This document shows, piece by piece, positions 22,820 to 36,170 of a stretch of DNA of 64,000 nucleotides (position 1 is its first letter; every line of letters begins with the position of its first letter). This DNA comes from Paraspadella gotoi. Lineage: Eukaryota; Animalia; Chaetognatha. The notes below the pieces were generated by a model. The model made no database searches and had not been told where the DNA came from. It saw nothing but the letters and a program-made list of their open reading frames with translations. The stretch spans positions 25,054,725-25,118,724 of the forward strand of contig CM119265.1 of assembly GCA_051294375.1 (NCBI GenBank). The letters run 5' to 3'. The translations under genes and the position numbers were made by a program.

Positions 22820-25357
22820 ATGGTGGACATGAAACTCGTCGAAGTCATTTTTTTTTCTATCCTTGGATTTTTAGATTTTGCGACTGATTTAAGAACGATA
22901 ATCAGTCATCTGATTTCACTTCAATATATCTTTAAACTATTTGGTTTGATATTTTTGGTAATTTTTCTGCTTCATAACTTGGTTTCAACTGGATATGGAC
23001 TGGTCATTATCACGAAAAATACCGATCGTTATCCCAGACTGTGGAGTTCCTTTTGGCGAAGAGGAATGACGTTCACTTCGTTATTAACGGGAATGGGCTC
23101 TATCATCTTGGCAATAGATTTTTTTTTGGATTATCAATCCTCGATGAGAAGTACAAGTCAAAATATTCCACGTCGATTATTTAAGGAAAAAATTCATTTC
23201 GACATGAATATCATACATGTTTTTGTGGAATCTTTTTTGCAAATGCTGGCACAAACAGCGGTGACTGTCTTTAACATGTCATTCAAAAATGAGTGGCAAT
23301 GCGTTCCGGACTTTGAAGATTTTATGCGGAATTATACTATGAGAAGAAAGTTCAAAGGAAATTTATTTCATCAATTGAATAATTTCAAAGCTATTAAAAC
23401 CAAATATGATTGTAATTGCCATAGAGTTGACGGGTAAGGAGTAAGGACTATATCATAAAACAGAATAGAATAGAAACAAATGCTCAAAACGGTTTGGCTA
23501 ATTATTCATACAGTGATAAATTCTTTATTAACCTAGTAAAATAATTCTAAATCGACTTGATGGCTTTTTTTACATAGAGCTATCTCTCTCTCGAAAGTTA
23601 ATACGGGATTGTTAGGGAAAGGAGACCACAGTTTCTGCCAATAAAAAAGAAATTGTTGTTAACACCGATATTTTTTATTTTCTAGTGCCTATCAGTTTTC
23701 CTGCTACTGGAAAATTACCGAGTATTTCATGATAATTTCCGCCGCCTTCTCGACGGCTTCCGTCGCTATCACAGCATCGAAGATCAGAACTTTGAGAATG
23801 AAATTTAAGCCAAAGTACCAAAGATTCGTTCCGATGAGCCACGCGTTAGGATGTCTTCAAGGAATCATGGGCCTGTCCTTGGGCCTTTACTTCATTTCGT
23901 CTCTCTCCCTAACGTATGGCCGATGGTACGCATTATGGGCTCCCCTTCTTATGTTCAGAGTCATCTCGTGGTCGGATCTGCGTTTTCTCATTAAACCGGG
24001 AAAACGAGCGAGAAGCGTCGATTGGATCCAACGGTTTTTCATGATTTTTTTCAACTTGTGCCTAGTTTGTTTCAATAAAATCCACAAAACTCAAATGACG
24101 ATACATTTGCTGAGTGAATTAAAACTGAACTGGGGATTCGTCAGTCCTCATCCTCACGCAACGGCGACGACTAGAATGGATATTTTGCTGAGAGGTCCTG
24201 ATATTTATAACTATAAAATAGTAAAAGTCTTTGTTTTAAACGACAACATAACGGAATGGGCAAATTTGCTTCAAAATTACTTTTCACAAATAAAATTCAA
24301 TGAGCTGGAAAATGGTATAACTGATCATTTACTTCTTCGATTGAACATGGGAAATCGATTATTGTTTACTATTTATAATAAAACACAACGCGTTCTGTTA
24401 TTAATTGAAATTTTTAATAGTTTCATTGATATTTTCCTGCTATTGATATTTACGGGACAATTTTTAAAATGGTTATTAGTTTATGAATCTTTTATTTTTT
24501 TTGTAGCAATATTCCTGCTAAATGAAACAATGAATAAAAATTCTACTTCTTCATTGTTTGGAAACCGTGGCGGGAACATCGGTAAGCTACCTTCAAACTT
24601 TTGTTTATTAATGATTTCAATGTTGTTTTTAATCATTTTACAAAGAGTTATCACGTTGAAAAATCCAAAATTTCTGGGGATTTTGATAACATTGTTTTGT
24701 TTAGTAAGTTCAATTTTTTTGCCACAACAAGTACATAATCTCATTCGGGGAATTAAGAAGAAAAAAGAGGTCAAAAGATTGGCTAGAAATATTTGCGGGA
24801 TTAACAGTCCTTACCAAGGGCCAGTTCCTTCTTTTCCCTGGGATGAAACCATAAAAGCATTTTTCTCTTACGTCTATTTTAATGACAATTTTTTCTTTTT
24901 CTATTGTCTCTCTTTTTTACCTATTTTCAACACTCTTTTCGCTATAAAATCTAGGAGAACAAGAACTGAATTTTTTAAAAAGCTTATTTTTATATTGATT
25001 GCCGGAACATTTTACTCATTCCTTTTCGTAATTTTTAATAAGAAAAATTCAAAAATTGCTTCTAAAGAGGAAATGAAAATTTTAGCTTATGCAATGACAA
25101 GGGGTTACGAAACGTTATCTGGTGATAGAAAGATAATTGTAAGATTTTTTCAATTGCTCGACAAAATGCTAAAATGCTGTAAAGCTCCATCAAGTATCGG
25201 TTCTTGCACTTATCTTGCTCGACTATTCAACTCTAGTATTTATCCTTACATTTACAATTTCACTGGATTAGTTGATCGACACTTTACCGATTTTGCTAAC
25301 ATTTCCTGCTTAGTTTATCTTATATTTCCAGCTCTGATTATACTTTCATTCAGCTAA
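22820..25357 (+). CDS. XK-related (scramblase family) multi-pass membrane protein, 2 coding exons, ~761 aa
   Basis: Exons 22820-23433 and 23686-25357 join in frame (GG|gtaagg...ttctag|T). XK-like motifs LDFATD, FVESFLQMLAQ (compare ESxPQLxLQ) and SAAFSTASVA, with many hydrophobic segments. Confidence 0.7.
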
Positions 25358-25671
25358 GAATGGAAAACCTATCCGTACTGCAAATAAAAAACGCTCGGAG
25401 AATGTCACTGTATGCTGTATAGTAATTTAATTTGTCTATCTGTGTAGTTATTCAGTTATTATATTTCAGTAGATCTAATATTAGAAAATTTGCTATGATT
25501 CAGTCGTGAAAAGTATGTATAAAAAAAAATTAAACTCCATTTATCAATTAACTATTGACTAAAAAAACTATGAAACTGTAATGTACGAACTACGAAGTTA
25601 CGAACTTTATTATCAAAATGTCGCTTTGCTGATTACGATTTTGTTGCCCATGAATACTGTTTTGACTACTA

Positions 25672-25963
25672 GTTTTTATTTGCGCCGCGAGTACTCGCGG
25701 AGCAACTCTATAAGTCACTTTTCGGTCGGTTGGTCCATCGGTCGGTCAATCGGTATGTCTGTCCGTCAGTCTATCCCACTTACGTTAAAAACGCTTATAA
25801 CTTACCTATAGCTTGTTGCTCATTTGTTAAAAATCAAATCTAAGCGACTACTGGCGCCGCCTTTTGTTTTTAAAGAAATCTTATAAACTATAAGGAATAA
25901 ATGACATGATAAGTAAAAAGAAAAGTAATGCGGCGCAACACCTTTGAATAACTGTTCCTTGTT
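25672..25963 (+). mobile_element. Helentron-associated (DINE-1/HINE-like) non-autonomous element
   Basis: 5' T-run, subterminal inverted repeats TTGCGCCGC (25680) and GCGGCGCAA (25930), a 5' palindrome CCGCGAGTACTCGCGG, an internal GTCG/GTCC microsatellite, and a CTTGTTT end. The 5' end recurs inverted at about 46933-46962. Confidence 0.6.
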
Positions 25964-26947
25964 TTAAGAATTTTCATAGTATTTTTTTTTCTTTCTCACT
26001 AATATGATGAATACCTGAGCTTGTCTCGCCAAGCGTGCTGTGGTCACACATCATTGTCTCTTTTTAATTTTCGAAAAATGAATGCGAAGGAAAATATGTT
26101 TTTTTAACAACTTTATTTTTAAGGTGAAAATCGAATATCGAAACAAAACATATTTTTTTAAATACTTTGTGAAAGAATTTTTAAAAATGGATCAGAACTT
26201 GAACTATAAAAATTGGTATTATTAAATTTAAGCTTTAAATATTTTTATTATTGTATATAAATACCGCTTACAAGCTTGAAATATAAACAAATTATCAAAA
26301 TGTTTTCTTAGGTCCTTATTTTTATTTTTTATGTGCTAAATTTCAAGCAGAAAAAAATTGTAAATATGATCTTACAGTGTTCACGTCTTTTTATTAAATT
26401 TTTTTATGCTTTAAAAATCGTCATATATGACAAGAAAGATATAATTTAAAAAAAATCGTCATCACCATTAAATTCATTAAACTTTTTTACGGTAAACAAC
26501 GACAACAACAACAACCTTAACGACTCTTAAACTTACCTAAACCGTGACCTACGACTTAATTTGTGAAACGTCTTCTTATTTTCTTCTTTAAATTCCTGCC
26601 AAGTCATTTACCAAACCAGTTTGATATCTTGTATTTTGTTATATTTTTCAACTCCCGACTGACCGTCCGTGCGACCTTCGGTCTACCTTCTTTTAGTTTT
26701 ACGTGACAATAACTCAAGTGGTCTGATTAATCAAGTTTTGATTAATATAGATTAATACATGGCTGTACTACGTAACACTTATTGTGTACTATAAGCTCCT
26801 GTAACTAAAATTTTTTTTTTTCAATTTTCCTGTAAACAAAGTAGCAGTCAACTCCTATTATTGTGATACTACGTAATGATAAGTATTCCCCGATCTAATA
26901 CTTCAGTTCATTTTATGCATTCTTCGAAACATGTCACCACTTCATTT

Positions 26948-27140
26948 ATAGGGAAGCCAGTTACACTAGGATTTAAAAAACGAGGTTGAAAGCCTTGATT
27001 GAAAGCTTGAAGGATCTTGCTATTTTATTATCTTGCACAAAGGATGTAGGACTTTACCCATCATAGCCAGTCCAAAGTCAGGGGCAAGATAGCTTGTTTT
27101 ATTAAATGAATGGATAATTTCTACATTTGTTGTACCAATT
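26948..27140 (+). repeat. Dispersed repeat family A copy
   Basis: Colinear similarity to 15294-15528. Confidence 0.7.
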
Positions 27141-27384
27141 TGATAATTCGACGTCATAGATCAGAATCACCAAGAGAATATTGCTGAGTGCGGTCTGGGT
27201 TTATTTATGTTTGTGTGTGTGAGTGTGTGCGTGTGTGTGTGTGCGTGCGTGTGAAAGTGTGTGTGTAATACACACTGTGCATGAGCGCTCTGCTTGTTAC
27301 TGATGGTGTGGTATTGTGACTGTTTGGATTGATGTTATGGTTGTGGTTTTTGTCGTTAGATTAGGAGATTAAGGACAATGCGTT

Positions 27385-27489
<105 letters not shown>

Positions 27490-27659
27490 ACAACGCCGCA
27501 TCGCCGTCATCTTCTATAATTTAAACCCTTGTCCACGACTAATGCCCTTTCCAATGCCCTTAATGCATGATGCCGCATTCATAATGAATGATAACCGTGG
27601 GGACGCGCTATAGATGGGGCGCCCTGAGCTTTCTCGTGGGATTTTGCGTCGCCCGAGGC

Positions 27660-28305
27660 GAGGATGAGGAGAGGATGAGGAGAGGTTGAGGAGAGATGAG
27701 GAGAGGATGAGGAGAGGTGAGGAAGAGGTTGAGGAGAGGATGAGGAGAGGATGAGGAAGGATGAGGAGAGGATGAGGAGAGGTTGAGGAGAGGATGAGGA
27801 GAGGATATGAGAAGAAGAGTGATGAGGAGAGGATGGGGAGAGGTTGAGGAGAGGTTGAGGAGAGGTTGAGGAGAGAGATGAGGAGAGGATGAGGAGAGGT
27901 TGAGGAGAGGATGAGGAGAGGATGAGAAGAGGATGAGGAGAAGGATGAGGAGAGGTTGAGGAGATGATGAGGAGAGGATGAGGAGAAGGTTGAGGAGAGG
28001 ATGAGGAGAGATGAGGAGAGGTTGAGGAGATGATAAGGAGAGGATGAGGAGAGGTTGAGAGAGGTTGAGGAGAGGATGAGAAGAGGATGAGGAGAGGTTG
28101 AGGAGAGGATGAGGAGAAGATGAGGAGAGGATGAGGAGAGGTTGAGGAGAGGTTGAGGAAGGTTGGAGGAGAGGATGAGGAAGAGGATGAGAAGAGGATA
28201 AGGATGAGGATGAGGAGAGAGATGAGGAGAAGGATGAGGAAGAGGTTGAGGAGAGGATGAGGAGAGGATGTGGAGAAAATGAGGAGAGGATGAGGAGAGG
28301 ATGAG
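27660..28305. repeat. 11-bp GAGGAGAGG(A/T)T minisatellite
   Basis: About 650 bp of an 11-nt unit. This explains the 11-aa periodic SSSSPHPLLI ORF. Confidence 0.9.
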
Positions 28306-28573
28306 TCCAACTGAGATTTTTTACTTGGTCATTTGTATGTTGGTGTCCTCAGTGTATTTATTCCTTTTAGTGTCGTTGTCGTTGTTGTTGTTGTTGTCGT
28401 TTCGACGTTCGACCTCGAAAGCGAATTCGATCAGTTAAAAAAACGACAAACGACGACGACGACGACGACGAAGGCGAAAACGCGGGTCTCGTTCGCTGTT
28501 ACGGTTATCGTCATAGTAGTCGTTGTCTTCGTCGTTATCGTCGTCGTCGTCGTCGTCGTTGTCTTCGTCGTTA

Positions 28574-28604
<31 letters not shown>

Positions 28605-31227
28605 TGGGAAGACTGACTCGTCGTCTTGGCAACGAGTCAAAACATCTTTTTTTCCCTCGAAATGAAACTCGTTTTTCTGAGAATGAATAGAGATAAAAAA
28701 AAAAGAAAAAGAAAAAAAAAAGAAAAGAAAAAGAAAAAGGAGAAAAGAAAAAGAAAAAAAAAGAAAATAAAAAGAAAAAGTAGAAAAGAAAAAGAAAAAA
28801 AGAAAAAGAAAAAAAGGAGAAAAGAAAAAGTGGAAAAACAAAAATAGAAAAAGAAGAACAAAACGAAAAATAAAGAAAAAAAAGAGAGAAAGTTGATCTC
28901 GATCTCGATGATGTCACCCAGTAAAGCCAGAATTTTGTCGTTGTAGAAGTCAGGCGGTAGGGAAATGACACCCTACTCCACCTAACCTTAATCCCTAACC
29001 TTAATCCCTAAACGCTAATATTCTATCCCCTACAACTTAACCTTATCCCTAACCGAAAACCATAAAACAATTCCCCGATCCTGACTGATGTCAACCCACC
29101 CAGAGAGAGAGAGCGAGAGAGATTCGCTGCTCCGTCAGACGCGGCGCATCGCAAGAGCATTTCGCCCCAATTTCATTGTATTTTAAATGGCGAAAACCAG
29201 TAAATTTTCGTAACCCGAGGAAAAAAATATCCTAATAATAAAAAAAAATTATTTAATTATTTCATGTGGAAATATATATTCATTATGTAACTTTTTCGGT
29301 TTTTTAACTTTTTTTCTTACCCTATTTCGATCTGGATAAGATTATCGTTTATGCGACTTTTTTTTTATGTTAAACTTAGAAAAACTGAAAGACAAGTTTC
29401 GTTTCACTAATATTTTTCTTTGACAAAGCGGAAGGATGGGCAAACCTGACGACACCGATAATTGCACTTTTTCATGCGCTAAAAATTCCTCTCTTCCTTT
29501 CTCACTTTTTTCTTCCTCAAAGCAAGCAAATTTATTTTTTTCATAAAAAATTATTGGAAATCCAGTTTTTTTTTATTATTTTGCATTAATTTCGGGAATT
29601 AATTCCTTTAATACTAAGATCGTTACTTAAGATCGTTTCTTTCCCACCTAAACAATATCGAAGGCTACGATAATTAAGTTTTTAAGCCCTCATAACTACC
29701 TAGGCTTGGTTAAAGCGCTCTTCGCCACAGCTTGTAAAGGTGTAAAACTTTTTTCGAAACGAGCGATGTTTTGTTGGAATCCCACAGCCGCGCAGTTTAA
29801 CCCGAATGTGATCTGTTGCAATGGAATTTCTTTCAATTTGCGTCGATCTTTCGTTCGTACAATTTTTTCGTCTCTTTCTTCCGCCAACCAACCTGTCTAT
29901 CCAGCACCTCACTTTCTATCCGGGCATCTCACTTGCTCTCATCAGACCAGGCTTCGCCTTTCTAACCGGGGAACTCACTGTCTGTTCGGGGCACCATCAT
30001 CGCCACAGTCTCGGAACTGCGCCTCTTCCTAAGTTCCGGAAGTTCTGACGTCCGGGCCGTATCCGCGATTCTGTATGTGGAAAGAAGCATTAATTTTGGT
30101 AACGCGCTCTTCTCTCTTCTCCTATCTATCTAGTCTATCTATCTCTATCCTATCTATCTTTCTATCTCTCTCTCTCGCCAACTAAATCCCGCTGAGCGTG
30201 AATTTACCGTATAAATACGTTTCGCCAGTTGTTACCAAACGCCCACCGCTACGTCAATTTTTCTGACGAATAAATCTCTCAGCAATAAGTCGTACGCGAT
30301 ATTATAAAGAGAGGATGAATGATATAAAATACGACAGGAAGATTGCTTTAAAACGATAAGCGAAGTGGAATCTAGATTCAGTGGTAGTCAATTAAATTTC
30401 TTAATTCCGTCAGTATGGAGGCCCCGAAAAAATAAGGGCAGGATAGCTTATTTTTTTAAATGGAATGGATAATTTTTATATTGGTTGTTAACATTTCATT
30501 TCTATAATGATTGGTGTAGAAGTTCAAAAAGAAAATACTCCCGTACTTAACATTTAAGCACTTCTGAAACCAAAGACAATTTCTTTTCCGTATAAAATGA
30601 AAGGTGAGGACACAATTTAGATACGGATTCTTAAAAAAAAAAGATATAAAATGTTGAATTCACAAAAAAAAATCTCCCATGGCTCAAGAGAAAATGCCTT
30701 CCGAACTCGGATCGACGCTCGAGACGGAATCGCGTCGGAAAAGACGAAGACCGATACGTCCTTCTTCGCCGTGAGGACGATGGCGATTCTTGCTGCGCCG
30801 CCACCGAGAGAACCGGGTATAGTTCGCCATGCCGGTTGAACTTCGGTCGAAGCAACCCCACGACCCGCACTGGCCAGGCCTGCGTTATGAAAAAAGTTCC
30901 TGGGTCAGCCGGTCATGGGCGCGGCTTCGATAAGAAAAACAGGTCGGCCGTCATAAGGGGCGAAACGTCGAAATATGGACGAGAAAAAAAATGGGCGTCT
31001 AACGCATGGCTTGCGTCAATATAGAGGAACGCGGCAGAAGAATTTCGGTTTAGTGTCCAGCCGAAAGGAAGGGGGGGGAAAAAAAAATGTTTTGGGGGGA
31101 AAAAGGAATGAAAGGACTTCAGCGTTCAAAGAAAGCGATATTACTTGACAGTTTGATGGATAAGCTGGCTTCGCTTGGATGGAAGTCGCATTAATCAAGG
31201 TCATTTCTTTTTATCTTTTTAGGCCGT

Positions 31228-31238
31228 CTCCTGAGGTC

Positions 31239-31300
<62 letters not shown>

Positions 31301-31423
31301 TTTGCTTAAATCCTTCCCAAACCCCCTGAAGTTCCATTTGGTCCATTTGGTCAGTTCTTTTTTTTTTGGGCGGCGGCGGTCCCTGAGCGTCTCTCTCCTC
31401 TCTCTCTCTCTTCTCTCTCCTCT

Positions 31424-31454
<31 letters not shown>

Positions 31455-31582
31455 TCTACTCTCTCTCTCACTCTCTCTCTCTCTCTCTCTCACCTTTGTA
31501 AAATCCTTCCCAACCCCCTGAAGTCTCATTTGGTCCAATTTTGGGATCAGCTTTCTTTTTTTGGGGGCGGGTCCCTGAGGTT

Positions 31583-31621
<39 letters not shown>

Positions 31622-31799
31622 TCTCTCTCTTCTCTCTCTCTCTCTCTCTCCTCTTCTTCTCTCTCTCTCTCTCTCTTACTCTCTCTCTCTATCTCTCTCT
31701 CCTTCTCTCTCACCTTTGTAAATCCTTCCAACCCCCTTGAAGGTCCATTTGGTCCATTTGGTCAGTTCTTTTTTTTGGGGGGGTTCCCTGAGGTCTCTC

Positions 31800-31831
<32 letters not shown>

Positions 31832-31865
31832 CTCTCATCTCTCTCACCCTTTCTCCCTTTCTCTC
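31228..31865. repeat. Tandem repeat of ~150-230 bp (3+ copies) with an internal (CT)n
   Basis: ctgagg-(CT)n-cacctttg.taaatccttcc.aaccccctgaag..ccatttggtcc...gtccctgag occurs three times. Confidence 0.8.
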
Positions 31866-31901
31866 ATCGGGCTGGANNNNNNNNNNNNNNNNNNNNNNNN
31901 N

Positions 31902-31918
31902 AAAAACTAAAAAAAAAG

Positions 31919-31964
<46 letters not shown>

Positions 31965-32174
31965 GGAAAAAAGAAAAAAGAAAGAGAAAAAAAAAAAAGG
32001 AAAAAAAAAAAAAAGGGAAAAAAAAAAAAAAAAAAAGGAAAAAAAAGAAAATAAAAGGAGAAAAAAAAAGAAAAAAAAAAAAAAAAAAAGAAAAAAAAAA
32101 GTATAAAAAAAAGGAAAAGAAAAAAAAAAAAAAAAGAAAAAAAAGAAGAAGGAAAAAAGAAGAAAAAAAAATAG

Positions 32175-32223
<49 letters not shown>

Positions 32224-32343
32224 GAAAAAAAAAAAAAAAAAAGAAAAAGAAAAAAAAAGAGAAAAAAAAATAAAAAAAAAAAAAAAGAAAAAAAAAAAAA
32301 AAGAAAAAAATGAGGAAAAGAAGAAAGAAAAAAGGAAAGAAAG

Positions 32344-32375
<32 letters not shown>

Positions 32376-32393
32376 AAAAAAAGAGAAAAAAAG

Positions 32394-32446
<53 letters not shown>

Positions 32447-32673
32447 AAAAAAGATAAAAAAAAAAAAAAAATAAAAAAAAAAAAAAAAAGAGAAGAAAAA
32501 AAAAAAAAGAGAAAAAAAGAAAAAAAAAAAAAAAAAGAAGAAGAAAAAAAGAGAAAAAAAAGAAAAAAAGGAGAAAAAAAAAGAAAAGAAAAAGAAAGAA
32601 AAAAAAAAAAAAAAAAAAAAAGTAAAAGAGACATAAGAAAAAAAAAAAAGAGAAAAAGAGAGAGAAATAAAGG

Positions 32674-32738
<65 letters not shown>

Positions 32739-32744
32739 TAAAAA

Positions 32745-32777
<33 letters not shown>

Positions 32778-33160
32778 AAAAAAAAAAAAAAAAAAAGAAG
32801 AAATAGAAAAAAAAGAAAAAATAAAAAAGAGAAAAAAAGAAAGAAGAAAAAAAAAAAAAAAAAGAAAAAAGAAAAAAAAAAAAGAAAAAAAAAAAAAAGA
32901 GAAAAAAAAAAAAAGAAAGAAAAAAAAAGAGAAGAGAAAAAAAAAAAAGAAAAAAAAAAAAAAAAAAAAAAAAAAGAAAAAAAAAAGAGAAAAAAAAAGA
33001 AAAAAGAAGAAAGAAAGAAAAAAAAAAAGAAAGAAAAAAAAAAAGAAGAAAAAAAAAAAAACAAAAAAAAAAAAAAGAAAAAAAAAAAAGAAAGAAAAAA
33101 AAAAAAGAGAAAAAAAAAAAAGGAAAAAAAAAAAAAAAAAAAAACAAAAAGGGAAAGAGA

Positions 33161-33191
<31 letters not shown>

Positions 33192-33317
33192 AGAAGAAAA
33201 AAAAAAAAAAAAGGAAGAAAAGAGAACAAAAAAAAAAAAAAAACTGAGAAGGCAAAAAAAAAGAGAAAAAGAAAAAAGAAAGGAAGAAAGAAAAAAAAAA
33301 AAAAAAAAAACAAAAGA

Positions 33318-33349
<32 letters not shown>

Positions 33350-33520
33350 AAGAAAAAAAAAAAGAAAAAAAAAAGAAGAAGAAGAGACAAAAAGAGAAAA
33401 GAAAAGAAAAAAAGAAAAAAAAAAAGAAAAAAAAAAAAAGAAAAAAAAAAAAAAAAAAAAAAAAAATAGAAAAGAAGAAGAAAAAAAAGAAAAAAATAAA
33501 AAAAAAAAAAAAAAAAGGAG

Positions 33521-33551
<31 letters not shown>

Positions 33552-33861
33552 GAAAGAAGAAAAAAAAAAAAAAAAAAAAAAGAAAAAAAAAAGAGAAGAA
33601 AAAAGAAAAAAAAAAAAAAAAATAAAAAGAAGAAAAGAGAAGAAAGAGAAAGGAAAAAAAAAAAAAGAAAAAGAAAAAAAAAAAATAAAAAAAAAAAAGG
33701 AAAAAGAAGAAAAAGAAAAAAAACAAAGAAAAAAAAAGAATAAGAAGAAAAAAAAGAAGAAAAAAAAAAAAAAGAAAGAAAAAAAAAAAAAAAAAAAAAA
33801 AAAAGAAAAGAAAAAAAAAAAAAAAAAAAAAAAAGGAAAAAAAAAAAAGAGAAAGAAAAAA

Positions 33862-33903
<42 letters not shown>

Positions 33904-33916
33904 AAAAGAAAAAAAG

Positions 33917-33960
<44 letters not shown>

Positions 33961-34006
33961 AAGAAGAAAAAGAAAAAAAAAAAAGAAAAAAGAAAAAAGA
34001 GAAAAG

Positions 34007-34047
<41 letters not shown>

Positions 34048-34101
34048 GAAAAAAAAAAAAAAAAAAAGGAAAAAAAAAGAAAAAAAAAAAAAAAAAGAAA
34101 G

Positions 34102-34148
<47 letters not shown>

Positions 34149-34289
34149 AAAAAAAAAAAAAAAAAAATAGAAAAGAAAAAAAAAAAAAAAAGAAAAGAAA
34201 AGGAGAAAAAAAAGAAAAAAAAAAAGAAAGAAGAAAGAGAAGAAAAAAAAAAAAAAAAAAAAAAAAAGGAAAAAAAAAAGAAGAGAAAG

Positions 34290-34321
<32 letters not shown>

Positions 34322-34384
34322 AAAAAAAAAGTGGAAAGAAAAAGAGAGAAAAAAAAGAAAAAAAAGAAGAAAAAAAAGAAAAAG

Positions 34385-34424
<40 letters not shown>

Positions 34425-34903
34425 AAAGAAGAGATAAGAAAAAAAAAAAAGAAAAAGAAAAAAAAAAGAAAAAAAGAAAAAGAAAAAAGATAAAAAAAAG
34501 AAGAAAAAAAAAAAAAAAAGATAAAATAAAAAAAAAGAAAAAAAAAGAAAAAAAAAAGGAGAAAAAAGAAAAAAGAAAAAAAAAAAAAGAAAAAAAAAAA
34601 AAAAGAAAAAAAACAAAAAAAAAAAAAGAAAAAGAAAAAAAAGAGAAAAAGGAAAAAAAAAAATAAGAAAAAAAAACAGAGAAAAAAAAAAGAAAAAAAA
34701 AAAAAAAAAAAAAAAAGAAAGAAAAAGAAAAAAAAAAAAAAGGAAAGAAAAAAAAAAAGGAAAGAAGAAACAAAAAAAAAGAAAAAAGAAAAAAAAAAAA
34801 AAGAAAGAAAAAAAAAAAAAAAAAAAACAAAAAAGAAAAAAAAAAGAAAAAAAGGAAAAAAAGAAAAAAAAAAAAAAAAAAAAAAAAAAGGAAAAAAAAA
34901 AAA

Positions 34904-34941
<38 letters not shown>

Positions 34942-35036
34942 AGAAAAAAAAAAAAAGAAGAAAAAAAAAGAAGAAGGAAAGAAAAAAATGTGAGGAAAAA
35001 AAAAAAGAAAAAGAAAAATAAGGAAAAAAAAAGAAA

Positions 35037-35080
<44 letters not shown>

Positions 35081-35235
35081 GAAAAAAAGAACAAAAAAAG
35101 AAAAAATAAAAAAAAAAAAAAAAAGAAAAAAAAAAAAAGAAGATAAAGAAAAAAAAAAAAAAAAAAGAGGAGAGAAAAAACAAAGAGAAAAGAAGAGAAA
35201 AAAAAAAAAAAAAAAAACAAAAGGAAAAAAAAAAG

Positions 35236-35267
<32 letters not shown>

Positions 35268-35310
35268 AGGAAAGAAAAGAAAAAAAAACAAAAAAAGAAA
35301 AAAAAAAGAA

Positions 35311-35350
<40 letters not shown>

Positions 35351-35390
35351 AAAAAAGAAAAAAAAAAGGAGAAAAAAAAAAGAAAGAAGG

Positions 35391-35457
<67 letters not shown>

Positions 35458-35478
35458 CAAAAGAGAGATAGAAAAAGA

Positions 35479-35509
<31 letters not shown>

Positions 35510-35817
35510 GAAGAAGAAAAAAGAAAAACAAAACAAAAAAAAAAAGAAGGAGAAAACAAAAAAAAAAAGGAGAAGAAAAAAAGAAAAAAAAAAAAAAGGA
35601 AAAGAAAAAAAATAAAAAGAGACAAGGAAAAAAAAAAAAAAAAAATAAAAAATAAGAAAAAAAAAAAAAAGGGAAAAAAAAAAAAAAAAAAAAAAATAAA
35701 AAAAAGAAAAAGAAACAAAAAAAAAAAAAAAGAAAAAAAAAAAAAAAAAAAAAAAAATAAAAATAAAAAAAAAGAAAAAAGAAGAAAAAAGAAGAAAAAA
35801 AAAAAAAAAATAGAAAG

Positions 35818-35850
<33 letters not shown>

Positions 35851-36170
35851 ACAAGAAAAAAAAAAAAAGAGAAAAGGAAAAAAAAAAAAAAAAAAAAAAA
35901 GAAAAAAAGGAAAAAGAAGAGAAGAAAAAAAAAAAAAAAGGAAAATAAACAACGGAAGGGAAGAAAAGAATAAGAAAAGAAATGAGAAAAAGAAAAGAAA
36001 AGAAAAGAAAAGAAAGAAAAAAGAAAAGAAAAGAATAAGAAAAGAAAAGAAAAGAAAGAAAAGAAAGAAAGGAAGGAAAGGAAAGGAAAGGAAAGCAAGA
36101 AAGAAAGGAAAACGAAGAGCAAAGGTAAAGAAGGAAAGAAGGAAAGGAATGGAATGAAAGAAAAGAAAAG
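31902..36170. repeat. ~4-kb A-rich low-complexity tract, probably a mis-called (GAAAA)n satellite
   Basis: Almost pure A with scattered G. It starts at an N gap and grades into clean GAAAA repeats at about 35980. Confidence 0.8.

Noticed and set aside
27579-28310. 243-aa Ser/Pro/Leu ORF
   Set aside because: It is a translation of an 11-bp minisatellite.
28975-29060. Telomere-like CCCTAA repeats (also around 17770-17900)
   Set aside because: Short, degenerate and interstitial, so not a telomere.
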